Assembly: GCA_050253415.1 (NCBI GenBank)
Contig: JBFWJC010000006.1
Coordinates: 1-64,000 of the forward strand
Length of the DNA: 64,000 nt
Direction: 5' to 3'
Source of the DNA: Pedobacter sp.
GTDB lineage: Bacteria > Desulfobacterota > Desulfuromonadia > Desulfuromonadales > Syntrophotaleaceae
The position numbers and the translations under genes are program-made. Shown in pieces: positions 9,600 to 19,834 of the stretch. The notes below the pieces were generated by a model. That model worked only from the letters and a program-made list of their open reading frames with translations, made no database searches and was not told where the DNA came from. Position 1 is the stretch's first letter; each line of letters begins with the position of its first letter.

Positions 9600-10400
9600 T
9601 CACCATACGTGGCCTGGAAAAGTGCTCATAGTGGATACATCCCCAACGGTTTTGAAAATTTTTATACCATCCCACGACTGCCGAAGAATACCGTCATGAA
9701 TGGCCCAGCTACGCCCCCTCACCGAAAGGCTCATTTCGGGCCTTCTGAAGGGAGTTGAATTATCAAGCCGCTGCGCGAGTACACCTTCTGGCTGAAACTC
9801 ACGATCGATCCAGGTCATGAACTGGAAACCGGAAATATATCTGAAACCCAACTCTTCATATTGAATTGCGTTATTGTAAGATAAGGGCTCGGCGATAATT
9901 GTATCAACGCCAAGACGTCCTACGAACTGTTCGAAGCGATAAAAGAACTCTCGGAACAACCCGAGTCCAGACCGAACCTGATGAGGGCACAACCCCGCAT
10001 TCATGGCACGAATTTCCTCGGGAATATTGCGTTTCAGGGTACCCAGACAGTTGTCTCTTCCATTGGGGGCAGAATCGATATTGAATCGCTGTGCGTCCAT
10101 ATCGTTTATGATGCACAGTGATAATTCGATCTGGCCGTAAGGCGTATCAACTGCTTGCATAAAAAAGATACAATCTTTATCAGCGGGCGACCGCCGAACT
10201 TCGATTCTGACAAGGCCCAGCCCTGAGGGGCACACATAGCGTTGGGAGGGTGCGTTACATCCAGGGGCACGCCAACGATCATCTGAAAACAGCAATGGCG
10301 GTATGAGGTCCTGATAGACTCGCTCTTTTTGTGCCTGAGGCAAATCATTCAGATTTTTCAGGGAACCTGTAGCACCTTTAATTGTTTCAAGTCCGTTCAA
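9600..10400 (-). CDS. Conserved hypothetical protein with GNAT-like acetyl-CoA-binding motifs, coupled to acuC
   Basis: TTG start at 10400 follows GGAGGT and overlaps the end of acuC. HQVRSGLG resembles GNAT motif A and NNAIQYEELGF resembles motif B. Confidence 0.7.
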   Translation of the reverse strand: MNGLETIKGATGSLKNLNDLPQAQKERVYQDLIPPLLFSDDRWRAPGCNAPSQRYVCPSGLGLVRIEVRRSPADKDCIFFMQAVDTPYGQIELSLCIINDMDAQRFNIDSAPNGRDNCLGTLKRNIPEEIRAMNAGLCPHQVRSGLGLFREFFYRFEQFVGRLGVDTIIAEPLSYNNAIQYEELGFRYISGFQFMTWIDREFQPEGVLAQRLDNSTPFRRPEMSLSVRGRSWAIHDGILRQSWDGIKIFKTVGDVSTMSTFPGHVW

Positions 10401-11559
10401 GATTCGCACCTCCCTTGCCGCGGAAGGGAATCCCATGTAAGGGGAAAAGACGTCTTTTCAGAAAGGACAGATTCTTTTCCAATTCTTCCTGGGCACGGCA
10501 AAAGTCATCGGGTTGTGCAAGATGCGGTCGATCACGCAGGAGGCTCTGCTCGTAGCCTAAAGGCTTAATAACCTCCTGAAATGTTTCAGGTATAAACTCT
10601 CCAACGGGCTGGCCAGTCATGGCCGCCCAAAGCACCGTCCATCCCCGGGCAGAATTAAGTTTATCATATCCTCCCCCTCCCAAAGCCACCCATGGCAAGC
10701 CCGTTTGCAAAAAACTTCGGGCTGCAAAATCAACGGATCCGGTTGTCAGTTCAAGACGTGTAAGGGGATCCGTACGAAGAATGTCCATTCCCATTTGGGT
10801 TATCAGAACATCAGGTGCGAAAGATTGAAGCATCGGCTCGACAACCTGACGGAAAGCCTGTTCAAACACCAGATCGTCTGAATGGGGAGCAAGGGGCACG
10901 TTGACAGCATATCCATACCCTGCACCAACTCCCAACTCCCTTACAAAACCAGTGTGTGGGAAGAAATCCTTGCCGGTTTCGTGCAGCGAAATGGTAAGGA
11001 CCCGGTTGGTATCGTAAAACGCGTCTTGCACACCATCACCGTGATGTGCATCGAGGTCGACATAGGCTACTCTAAGGCCACGTGCAAGCAATAAATTTAT
11101 AGCCACGACAGCATCGTTAAGATAGCTGAAACCGGAGGCGCGAGCAGCATGCGCATGGTGCCAGCCACCGGCCATATTAAAAGCACAGCGGTGATTCTTA
11201 TCTACAACTTGACGTACGGCTTCCAGCGTACCTCCGCAACAAAGGGTTACCCAATCGAAGAGTCCTGGAAATACTGGATTTTCATGATCCCCAAGCCCGA
11301 ATCGAAAATCGGCTCTTAGCGTATCATCCCGGCTGAATTCTTTGAGTGTATGAAGATAATCCTGTCGATGGAAAGTAAGAAGTTCGGATTCCAATGCGAG
11401 GGGTGCTTCGATGATCCGCACTGCAGGTTTTGAAAGCAATTGAAGGGAATCAAGCAATTGATAAGTTAAAGCAAACCGTTCTACTTTGAAAGGGTGGCTA
11501 CCCCCGAAAGAAAAATCGCCAAAACGGCTGGAATAAATAAAAACACAATCACCAGGCAT
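10387..11559 (-). CDS. acuC: AcuC/histone deacetylase family protein
   Basis: HPFKVER, GGWHHAH...ASGFSYLND, YVDLDAHHGDGVQ, SLHE, FFPHTG, GGGGY. Confidence 0.92.
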   Translation of the reverse strand: MPGDCVFIYSSRFGDFSFGGSHPFKVERFALTYQLLDSLQLLSKPAVRIIEAPLALESELLTFHRQDYLHTLKEFSRDDTLRADFRFGLGDHENPVFPGLFDWVTLCCGGTLEAVRQVVDKNHRCAFNMAGGWHHAHAARASGFSYLNDAVVAINLLLARGLRVAYVDLDAHHGDGVQDAFYDTNRVLTISLHETGKDFFPHTGFVRELGVGAGYGYAVNVPLAPHSDDLVFEQAFRQVVEPMLQSFAPDVLITQMGMDILRTDPLTRLELTTGSVDFAARSFLQTGLPWVALGGGGYDKLNSARGWTVLWAAMTGQPVGEFIPETFQEVIKPLGYEQSLLRDRPHLAQPDDFCRAQEELEKNLSFLKRRLFPLHGIPFRGKGGANLERT

Positions 11560-11809
11560 TATGCCCCTCTCCCTGGCTAGGGACCTTCCGCAAGGCAAGG
11601 ATGGCTCCAGTGGGCTTCCCTATCGGGGAAGATGAATGTTTCGATTCATAAATCGTAAATGGCGATATCTTTTGAGACGCTGCGTAAACAAAGCATCAGA
11701 CTGAAGATATCAAAGAGAAAGCCGGAAGAAATAAGACCTGATGTTTATTTACACCCCAGAGGAATAAAGGTCAATCTATCTCATCCACAATTATCCCCAC
11801 CAGGAAAAT

Positions 11810-11841
11810 AAAAAAAAGGTGAAGCTTTCGCTTCACCTTTT
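11810..11841 (-). terminator. Intrinsic terminator downstream of tRNA-Gln
   Basis: AAAAGGTGAAGC-TTTC-GCTTCACCTTTT with a long U-tract on the minus strand. Confidence 0.8.
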
Positions 11842-11901
11842 GGCCGCCCCTCGGGACAACCCAAACTTTATAGAAACACGCAAGCAATACGTGTGTATTT
11901 T

Positions 11902-11975
11902 TGGCTGGGAGACAAGGATTCGAACCTTGGTTGACGGAGTCAGAGTCCGTAGTCCTGCCGCTAGACGATCTCCCA
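11902..11975 (-). tRNA. tRNA-Gln(CTG)
   Basis: TGGGAGATCGTCTAGCGGCAGGACT-ACGGACTCTGACTCCGT-CAACCAAGGTTCGAATCCTTGTCTCCCAGCCA; upstream TTGACA-N17-TAAAAA at 12016-11988. Confidence 0.96.
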
Positions 11976-12162
11976 AAAGCGAGTGAGTTTTTACCAAAGC
12001 TGACCTTCTGTGTCAAGCAGAAAAGACACTTTTTTCAAAAAGTCTCTTTTTGCCCGCCAAACGCGGCTGAACACATATTCCGTCAGGGAGAATTCATGAT
12101 TATATAAATCCAAACAACCCTGCATAAACGTTTTCCTCGATAAACGCACTTTGCTTCAGCAG

Positions 12163-14829
12163 TTATTTTGGATTTCCATGCAAGCATCGCTCGACAATTT
12201 CTCTCAAATCGTTTGAGAGCCCTCCTCGCGACGCAATCTCTTCAAGTCGTTGCCTCATCATATTAGCTCTGTGATCATCAAATCGTCTCCAAGCACTGAA
12301 TGCAACGGCCAAGGTTGCCGCAACCTGGGGATTGATACCATCTATTTTAACGACATAATCAGCAATCAAACGGTAGCCCGCCCCATCGATGCGATGAAAA
12401 CCATAAGGGTTACCTCGGGCAAAAGAATGCAAAACGGAGCGTACACGATTCGGATTACGCAGGTTAAAACACTCATGTTTCAGCAAATGATGAACCTTCT
12501 CCAAAACCAGAGGATGACGCGAGGTAGACTGCACCGCAAACCATTTATCGAGAACCAACGGAACAGATCGCGCCTGCATGAAAAACTTATCCAGCGCAAG
12601 AGGACCTTCTACGGATTGGCTGTCAGCCAACAAGCCCAACAGAGCAAGTCGATCTGTCATGTTATCGGCTTCATCAAGCAGCCTTATCGCTTGCTGCCAG
12701 AAGTCGTTTACCGGCTTGGCCGCAAGATACCCCAAACAGACATTTTTGAGAGCTCGACAGCTTACTTCTTGAGGAGAGATTCCATAGGGACCGGCATTTT
12801 CGTGGACACAATCCTGCCAGCTCGCCTGCCATTCATCATGGAGATGCTCGGATAGCGCTTCACAAACTTTTTTTCGCACCGCGACAATGCCATCGATATC
12901 TACCCTGGCACGTTGATCCATGAGATAGTTCTCGCTGGGAAGCATCAACATCTGAGCTGCCAGTCCCCGATCTGCGCTACTCGATCGTAAAACTTCGCGG
13001 AAAGCTTCCAGCAATAACGGTTCGAGCTGAAACGCCCCACCCTCACGAAAATTGTCGACACCGCGCATGATGACACGTGAGGACAATTGTTGAGCGGCAT
13101 CCCAGCGATTAAATGGATCGCTGTCGTTGACCATCAAAAACATGAGCTCTGTGTCGGGGCAATCATAGACAAGTTTTACTGGTGCGGAAAAATTCTTTAA
13201 CAAAGATATGACTGGAGCACACGGCACCTTATCAAACTGAAAAGTCTGTTCTGCTTTCCGAAAAGACAATACGGTGGTAGTTTGCGGATTTACGCCATCT
13301 GTTCCTGATAAATAAAGAGGGATTTCACGGCCTGAGGAATCAAGCAGTGCGATGGATACCGGAATATGAAACGGCTCTTTTTTGGATTGCCCCGGTGTAT
13401 CGGGACAATCCTGGCAAAGCGTCAAGCTATAGACCTGTTTATTGGAATCATAGTTCCCGGTTGCCCTGATATGCGGTGTGCCAGACTGACTGTACCATAG
13501 TCGAAACTGGCTAAGATCAATTTGCGCTGCATCTTCCACTGCCCCGATGAAATCCTCTATGGTCACCGCCTTACCGTCAAACCGTTTAAAATAGAGGGCA
13601 AGAGCATTTCGAAAGCCTTCGGTGCCGACCAAATTGCGCATCATGCGTATGACTTCGGCGCCCTTTTCATACACGGTTGCAGTGTAGAAATTATTGATTT
13701 CCTGATAGGACTCGGGACGCACCGGATGCGCCAGAGGACCTGAATCTTCAGCAAACTGAACGGTGCGAAGTAATCGCACATCATGGATGCGTTTTAGAGA
13801 TTTGGAAACCTGGTCTGCAGAAAACTCCTGATCCCTGAAAACGGTTAAGCCTTCCTTGAGACTAAGCTGAAACCAGTCCCGACATGTAACACGATTGCCT
13901 GTCCAGTTGTGGAAATATTCATGCGCAACAACTTCTTCAATGGCCTGAAAGTCAGCGTCTGTAGCCGTGTCGGGATCTGCGAGGACATATTTCGAATTAA
14001 ATATATTCAAACCTTTATTTTCCATTGCGCCCATATTGAAATCATCTACGGCAACAATCATGTAAAGGTCCAGATCATATTCAAGTCCGAAAGTATCCTC
14101 ATCCCAGCGCATGGCTTTTTTCAGGGCCTCCAGCGCATGTCTACCCCTTCCAATATTATGCTTTTCCAAATAGATGCGCAGAGCAACTTGTCGGCCGGAA
14201 CAGGTGATGAACGAATCCTCTTCGCAGACAATATCGCCGGCAACAAGAGCAAACAGATAACTGGGCTTGGGGAACGGGTCATGCCAGACAGCTTGATGCA
14301 AGCCGTCATCCAGGTCCTCGCTTTTGACCAGGTTACCGTTGGATAGAAGGACAGGGTAAAGCTTTTTATCCGCCACAATAGTGGTCGTAAACATGGTCAT
14401 AACATCTGGTCGATCCGGAAAAAATGTTATGCGCCGGAATCCTTCGGCTTCGCATTGAGTACAAAACATGCCCCCGGATCGATACAATCCTTCCAGTGCG
14501 GTATTTTCCTGAGGATGAATGCGCACTGTGACTTCCAGGAGAAAAGCATCTGGGGTATGCAGAATAGAAAGACCCTTCGTATCCACACGAAAAGCATGTT
14601 GGGGCAGAGTTTCCCCATCCATTTTCAAGGTTTGCAGAACAAGATCCACTCCATGCAGAAAGAGAGGAGCGTTCTGGTTTTGACTTGCAGGGTTACGCCG
14701 CAAAGCCATAAGGGTCTTAACCATGGCATGGGATGCACAGAGGTCAAAATGTAATTTTACATAATCGATTAAAAACGGCGGAACCGCATAATCAGCCAGA
14801 AAAACAGTTTCGGAACTGCATTGTGTCAT
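12163..14829 (-). CDS. pepN: Aminopeptidase N (M1)
   Basis: TQCEAEGFRRIT, GAMENKGLN, HEYFHNWTGNRVTCRDWFQLSLKEG, YEKGAE, NPNRVRS. Confidence 0.97.
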   Translation of the reverse strand: MTQCSSETVFLADYAVPPFLIDYVKLHFDLCASHAMVKTLMALRRNPASQNQNAPLFLHGVDLVLQTLKMDGETLPQHAFRVDTKGLSILHTPDAFLLEVTVRIHPQENTALEGLYRSGGMFCTQCEAEGFRRITFFPDRPDVMTMFTTTIVADKKLYPVLLSNGNLVKSEDLDDGLHQAVWHDPFPKPSYLFALVAGDIVCEEDSFITCSGRQVALRIYLEKHNIGRGRHALEALKKAMRWDEDTFGLEYDLDLYMIVAVDDFNMGAMENKGLNIFNSKYVLADPDTATDADFQAIEEVVAHEYFHNWTGNRVTCRDWFQLSLKEGLTVFRDQEFSADQVSKSLKRIHDVRLLRTVQFAEDSGPLAHPVRPESYQEINNFYTATVYEKGAEVIRMMRNLVGTEGFRNALALYFKRFDGKAVTIEDFIGAVEDAAQIDLSQFRLWYSQSGTPHIRATGNYDSNKQVYSLTLCQDCPDTPGQSKKEPFHIPVSIALLDSSGREIPLYLSGTDGVNPQTTTVLSFRKAEQTFQFDKVPCAPVISLLKNFSAPVKLVYDCPDTELMFLMVNDSDPFNRWDAAQQLSSRVIMRGVDNFREGGAFQLEPLLLEAFREVLRSSSADRGLAAQMLMLPSENYLMDQRARVDIDGIVAVRKKVCEALSEHLHDEWQASWQDCVHENAGPYGISPQEVSCRALKNVCLGYLAAKPVNDFWQQAIRLLDEADNMTDRLALLGLLADSQSVEGPLALDKFFMQARSVPLVLDKWFAVQSTSRHPLVLEKVHHLLKHECFNLRNPNRVRSVLHSFARGNPYGFHRIDGAGYRLIADYVVKIDGINPQVAATLAVAFSAWRRFDDHRANMMRQRLEEIASRGGLSNDLREIVERCLHGNPK

Positions 14830-14972
14830 GCTAAAGCCCCCCATGGGAATGGACGCAAGTGGCTATGCGACAAAGATTGATCCACTGACCAGAATTCATA
14901 TCCTCGGGTATCCTTGGATACCTACTTGAGGGAGATGATATTACCGATATCTCTGACGGGGTTTGGGAAACT

Positions 14973-15017
14973 AAAACAGGGTGTTTCGCCAGATCAATGA
15001 TCGGAAAAACACCCTGT
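14973..15017 (-). terminator. Hairpin/terminator after gltX
   Basis: ACAGGGTGTTT...AAACACCCTGT arms with an inner GATC/GATC pairing; TTTT follows on the minus strand. Confidence 0.6.
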
Positions 15018-15044
15018 GAATAGCTAATGGCACCCCTTTGAATT

Positions 15045-16445
15045 TCAGTTGCTTGTTCGAGCGACGACATCCTGCAAGCGCTTCAGGGTTTTTTCTCGAC
15101 CGAGAATCTCCATGATAACGCAGATACTCGGACCATTGGTGCTGCCGGTTAAGGCCACTCTTGCGGGCTGGGCTAATTTGCCGAATTTTAACCCTGTAGC
15201 GTCGAGAACTCCCTTAAAAACCTCGTCAAGAACCTCTTCCCTCCAGTCAAGACAGGAATCAAGCGCTAGTAAAAGAGTTTCAAAAATACCCCGGTTATCT
15301 TGGGTAATGAATTTTGCCGCAGCCTGTTCATCGAATTGCACCTCCTCACCAAAAAAGCACAAAGCCTGCTGTGCCATTTCGACCAGCGTTTTAGCGCGGT
15401 CCTGGAGTGCCACGACAATCGCCTCAAGTGCGGGGCCCGGAGACACGTCAAGGCCTTCTTGTTTCAGATGCCAACTGAGCAATTCAGCAAGCCTGGCCGG
15501 ATCACCTGTTTTTATATAGTGACTGTTAAGCCATGATAGTTTGTCAGGATTAAATACACTGGCCGATTTTCCGACATTATCCAAACTGAACAGAGTAATC
15601 AGTTCTTCCATGGAGAAAATCTCCTGATCACCGTGCGACCAACCCAGGCGAACCAGATAATTCACTAAAGCCTCAGGCAGATATCCCATATCCCGATAAG
15701 CCATAACCGAGGTAGCCCCATGGCGCTTGGATAGCCGGCTTTTATCAGCCCCAAGTATCATCGGAACATGAGCAAATTCGGGCACGGGATAACCAAGAGC
15801 TTCGTACAGCATGATCTGCCGAGGGGTATTATTGATGTGGTCATCGCCACGCAGGACCAGATTAATTTGCATCTCAGCATCATCGACCACCACAACAAAG
15901 TTATAGGTTGGGGTGCCATCGGTGCGTTGAATGATCAAATCGTCCAATTCTTCATTTTGAAAAGTAATACTGCCTTTAATGCGATCGTCAAAAGTCGTGG
16001 CCCCGTCTTGAGGCGCCTTAAAACGAATGACATAGGGCTGGCCTTCGAGCATGGTCTGCCGCTGCCTGCAGGTACCGTCGTATTTAGGTTTACGGCCCTG
16101 CGAAAGCGCTAATTCGCGTTTTTTGTCCAGTTCCTCAGCGGTACAGTAACAACGATAGGCCTTGCCTTCTTCGACCAGTTGCTCGATTTTGGCGCGATAT
16201 AAATCAAATCGGTCGGACTGATAGATTGGTCCTTCGTCGCAAGCCATACCAAGCCAATCCATAGCCTGCAATATGGCATCCACCGATTCCTGAGTGGAAC
16301 GAGCCACATCGGTGTCCTCAATCCTTAAAACGAAGGTTCCTTGTTCCTTGCGGGCTAATAGATAATTGAACAAAGCGGTTCTTGCCCCGCCGATATGTAA
16401 ATAACCTGTAGGACTAGGCGCAAACCTGACGCGCAATTTGGACAT
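15045..16445 (-). CDS. gltX: Glutamate--tRNA ligase
   Basis: [16 protein letters not shown] (HIGH motif), LSKRHG (KMSKS motif), CYC...C zinc site; AGGAG SD before ATG 16445. Confidence 0.97.
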   Translation of the reverse strand: MSKLRVRFAPSPTGYLHIGGARTALFNYLLARKEQGTFVLRIEDTDVARSTQESVDAILQAMDWLGMACDEGPIYQSDRFDLYRAKIEQLVEEGKAYRCYCTAEELDKKRELALSQGRKPKYDGTCRQRQTMLEGQPYVIRFKAPQDGATTFDDRIKGSITFQNEELDDLIIQRTDGTPTYNFVVVVDDAEMQINLVLRGDDHINNTPRQIMLYEALGYPVPEFAHVPMILGADKSRLSKRHGATSVMAYRDMGYLPEALVNYLVRLGWSHGDQEIFSMEELITLFSLDNVGKSASVFNPDKLSWLNSHYIKTGDPARLAELLSWHLKQEGLDVSPGPALEAIVVALQDRAKTLVEMAQQALCFFGEEVQFDEQAAAKFITQDNRGIFETLLLALDSCLDWREEVLDEVFKGVLDATGLKFGKLAQPARVALTGSTNGPSICVIMEILGREKTLKRLQDVVARTSN

Positions 16446-16470
16446 TATATTCTCCTGTAAACGTAAAAAT

Positions 16471-16498
16471 AAAAATGGGCTGTCATTTGGACAGCCCA
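16471..16498 (-). terminator. Intrinsic terminator after the MEMO-family gene
   Basis: TGGGCTGTC-ATTTG-GACAGCCCA; TTTTT follows on the minus strand. Confidence 0.7.
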
Positions 16499-16568
16499 CA
16501 CTTTTATACTGCAACAGGTTTATATTGACAAGAAGTATTTGGTTGAATGAGGGATGCTGTTGTATCAG

Positions 16569-17372
16569 CTATTCGATGATAACCCCCGCATAGCCGACAA
16601 CCTCGGACTGATCCCCGGTTACTTCCCCCGAATTACCGTAACAAACCACACTGCCCTTTTTCGCACCAAGATACCTGGATGCAGCCATCATGACGACCGT
16701 AGAAACGACCCCACACATACTGATGTGTTCGCTGGTCACGGTCCGGTATAGTCCTTCGGGGTCCAGGGCACAGACATAATCAAGTGCAAGTCGGTCTTTT
16801 TTCCGAGCGGACGTACCAGGTTCATAATGCGTCATATCTGAGCTGGCAACTATTATAGCTGGCTCTGTTTCGGCTGCCAAAACCTTTCCAATAGCCTCCC
16901 CCAAGGAAAGTAATTCCTCCAAGGGTACAGGAGCGAGACACAAAGGAACAATCTGGGCGCCGGGGGCTTTGACCTGGATAAAGGGAAGCTGTACTTCCAG
17001 AGAATGTTCAAATCGATGAGCCAGGTCATCCGCCACCAAGCGAGGATATGCCTGCAGGATTTTACCAGCCAGGTCTTCGGCAATCGGAACTTCGCCTAAT
17101 GGAGTAACCCAGCTGCCTTTGGCGAAAAGCGCAAGGGATTCCCCGTATCCCGTATGGTTGGGACCAATAACGATCACCTTGGATGGCAGGTTTACCATTC
17201 CAAAGGTTTGCCCTGCAATGTTCCCTGAAAAAACATAACCGGCATGCGGAACCATAAGTCCATATACCGATTTGCAGGACGGAGGCTTCTGAATAAACCC
17301 CTCCACCATGGAACGCAAGCTTGTTGGGTCAGCAGGGTAAAACTGCCCGGCAACAGCAGGCATACGACGCAT
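16569..17372 (-). CDS. amrB: MEMO1-family protein (AmmeMemoRadiSam system protein B)
   Basis: PAVAGQFYP, PHAGYVFSG, GPNH, EHSLEVQLPF, SSDMTHY, MCG, VVGYA. Confidence 0.93.
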   Translation of the reverse strand: MRRMPAVAGQFYPADPTSLRSMVEGFIQKPPSCKSVYGLMVPHAGYVFSGNIAGQTFGMVNLPSKVIVIGPNHTGYGESLALFAKGSWVTPLGEVPIAEDLAGKILQAYPRLVADDLAHRFEHSLEVQLPFIQVKAPGAQIVPLCLAPVPLEELLSLGEAIGKVLAAETEPAIIVASSDMTHYEPGTSARKKDRLALDYVCALDPEGLYRTVTSEHISMCGVVSTVVMMAASRYLGAKKGSVVCYGNSGEVTGDQSEVVGYAGVIIE

Positions 17373-17574
17373 AAAAACCTCCCTTGCCACTGAATAAACG
17401 GCTCACCATTTTACTCAAAAGGTGAATTCCTATCGGGCCATGTTCTCCGTGGACATTCTACTCTACCATGAATCGAGAACTTGGCAATCTCATGCCGCGT
17501 TAAACAATATGGATTAAAAAGAGAGGTGCAAAGTAACAAATCAGGTTAGGGGATCCGAGGATAGACATTCTTTT

Positions 17575-17611
17575 AAAAAAAAGAGCCGGCGATTGATTCG
17601 CCGACTCTTTT
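17575..17611 (-). terminator. Intrinsic terminator after tRNA-Cys
   Basis: AAAAGAGCCGGCGA...TCGCCGACTCTTTT with an A8 run (U-tract on the minus strand). Confidence 0.75.
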
Positions 17612-17621
17612 AATTTTTTTA

Positions 17622-17695
<74 letters not shown>

Positions 17696-17793
17696 TCATG
17701 TCTCAAAAGCCCGATAGTGATACCAGATCCGCAGCCTGAGTGTCAAGCGGAAAAAAGCTCGTGACACGTTTATGTAACGAGAATCCTTCAAGA

Positions 17794-19818
17794 CTACCGT
17801 AAACTACGGATAAGCTGCACATATTGATGTTTGTCATAAGGAATTTCATAAAACAATGCCCTCAAAAAACCATGTTCAGGACCATCAAGCGAGCCATACA
17901 ACTTATTTTTAAGTCTGGTAAAAGGATAAATTTGTCCATCCATAAGGATGCCGGCAACCTTGGAATCAAAAGCTCCCCCCTGCGAGTCCAGGCCAAGAAA
18001 AGTTATAGGTCCGCCTACTGAAAAATCTGTTTTGCCAAGGGTTGCCATCAGCGGGTCTACAGAAGCGTCATCACTAGTGCGAGCATCGAACACCTTTTCA
18101 AGTACTATGGCCTTACGATAAAACCCATCCTCGGTGCCTTCAGATTCGCGAATAACATTAAGGAGGGTATAGGCATTCAGCATAATACCGGGTATATCCT
18201 TACCGACATGTCCGATCATGGCATTAAAGGGCGTATCATGATTGGTCAACCACATATCCACGACCTTTGACTGCTCGAGCTGTTCGGCAATGGCTGTTAT
18301 ATACTGAAAGTAGTTTTCGACGCGGCCATCCAGGTTGGATTGATAGGCCAATTGCAAAATACTCGTAACGTCGAAAGGAAATAACTCAATGGCCTGCAAT
18401 TGATAGGCGAAAAAAAGAGAATTCGCTTCGACGCCGGTGCTGAACTCGGAAAGTTGCTGATACAGATCCGCAAGCTCACGTGCTGCATAAGCTGCAAGAA
18501 AATAGGCATTATCCGGCACGATATCCTGATCGATACGCGCATGTCTCTGGAACAGAGCGCAATACTTTAAAAGAGGACTCTCTACCGGGAAAAGAGTTTC
18601 TATCTCATAAGCTTTGCGACGTCCTTTATAATAGTCGGCAAGAATGATGGATAGTTTTCCCGATGCATCCCACAGACGATGCATAGACACCAGATAATTG
18701 CCCCGTTTGTAATACCCATCAGCAATAAAGCCGTTGGATTGATTGGCTCGCATTGCCAGCGTGTCGTACAATTCGATTCCTTTATCGAGATAGGCCGCGG
18801 CCACCCCAGGTAATTGTTCGAAAAAGCGGATCGTGGCAACGGGATCATCAGGGTCACTCATGCGCCTGGTGACATACGTCAAGAAGCCCATGTACTGGGC
18901 CATGATGGTAGCCCTCCCCTTATTGGTATCCGCCCAAAAGTATGCCAATTGATAAAATTTCCGTGCAGCATTAAACTTGGCTACCAATATGTCGGGATTG
19001 GTTGCGGATTCAAAGTCATTGCGATTGGCAGTCCCCTCAAGAAAAGCTACAGCAAAATTGAGGTTATAGTTATCCGAGGAAACCCCATCCATGCGTTCAG
19101 AGATAGCCTCGACAAGCGTTTTATAACCATTTTCCAGGGTGAGTTTGTCACCGATTGACAAAATGACCGTACCAAGTGAAGCAAGATCAGGCATTTCCTG
19201 TTCGATAATAGCCCGGCGAATAACCAAATGGGCGATATTCTCATACAGGTGAGGTAATTCCTTGACAAAACCGACCTTTGCACGATCAGCATCCATAAGA
19301 ATGTTGTCGACTTCCTGCTTTAATACGACATTTTCCCAAAGAGAAAAGACCGACGAGACGAAACCAGGACTGTTTTTGAGCGACATCTGTCGATAGGCAG
19401 CAAACAAATGCTTCCAGAAATCCACATCCCCTTGTGGTTGTTTGTCGGAAAAGACAGAAATTGCTGTTTCAGCGTTGTCAAGATGGACAATTTCGTCGTT
19501 CGCCAAATACAGGCAAAATTCTGCCAAAGAAAGCCGATAATAGTCCGCCAATGGCTTACCAACTAATAAATCATCCTGTTGCAGGCGCCCATCAGGACTG
19601 ATATCAGAAGCAAGCGTCTGCAACAACTCGTCACGATAGGACTCGATGCTTTCGCCATATTCCTTGCCCTTATCCTGCAATAAGCCCTGCAAATCGTTCT
19701 TTGGATACCAACTAAAACGATAAGCCACATCCAAAAGGCTATCCCACTGGGATGCGCCGGCCAGGGCCGGCAAGACCAACAGCACACCAAGAATAATTCC
19801 CAATCTCACTAATTTCAT
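17794..19818 (-). CDS. Large exported, mostly alpha-helical (TPR-like) hypothetical protein, about 674 aa
   Basis: ATG at 19818 follows GTGAGG. Signal peptide MKLVRLGIILGVLLVLPALAGA; TPR-like segment AYQLQAIELFPFDVTSILQLAY; no recognisable catalytic motif. Confidence 0.75.
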   Translation of the reverse strand: MKLVRLGIILGVLLVLPALAGASQWDSLLDVAYRFSWYPKNDLQGLLQDKGKEYGESIESYRDELLQTLASDISPDGRLQQDDLLVGKPLADYYRLSLAEFCLYLANDEIVHLDNAETAISVFSDKQPQGDVDFWKHLFAAYRQMSLKNSPGFVSSVFSLWENVVLKQEVDNILMDADRAKVGFVKELPHLYENIAHLVIRRAIIEQEMPDLASLGTVILSIGDKLTLENGYKTLVEAISERMDGVSSDNYNLNFAVAFLEGTANRNDFESATNPDILVAKFNAARKFYQLAYFWADTNKGRATIMAQYMGFLTYVTRRMSDPDDPVATIRFFEQLPGVAAAYLDKGIELYDTLAMRANQSNGFIADGYYKRGNYLVSMHRLWDASGKLSIILADYYKGRRKAYEIETLFPVESPLLKYCALFQRHARIDQDIVPDNAYFLAAYAARELADLYQQLSEFSTGVEANSLFFAYQLQAIELFPFDVTSILQLAYQSNLDGRVENYFQYITAIAEQLEQSKVVDMWLTNHDTPFNAMIGHVGKDIPGIMLNAYTLLNVIRESEGTEDGFYRKAIVLEKVFDARTSDDASVDPLMATLGKTDFSVGGPITFLGLDSQGGAFDSKVAGILMDGQIYPFTRLKNKLYGSLDGPEHGFLRALFYEIPYDKHQYVQLIRSLR

Positions 19819-19834
19819 TGCGCTAGCCTCACGT

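Noticed and set aside
11781..11799. DnaA-box-like 9-mers (also at 28202, 28220 and a perfect TTATCCACA at 41481)
   Set aside because: They are scattered, mostly carry one mismatch, and show no cluster or oriC context.
14830..14970. Possible riboswitch in the pepN leader (GGTATCC/GGATACC hairpin)
   Set aside because: There is a single short hairpin with no recognisable aptamer consensus.
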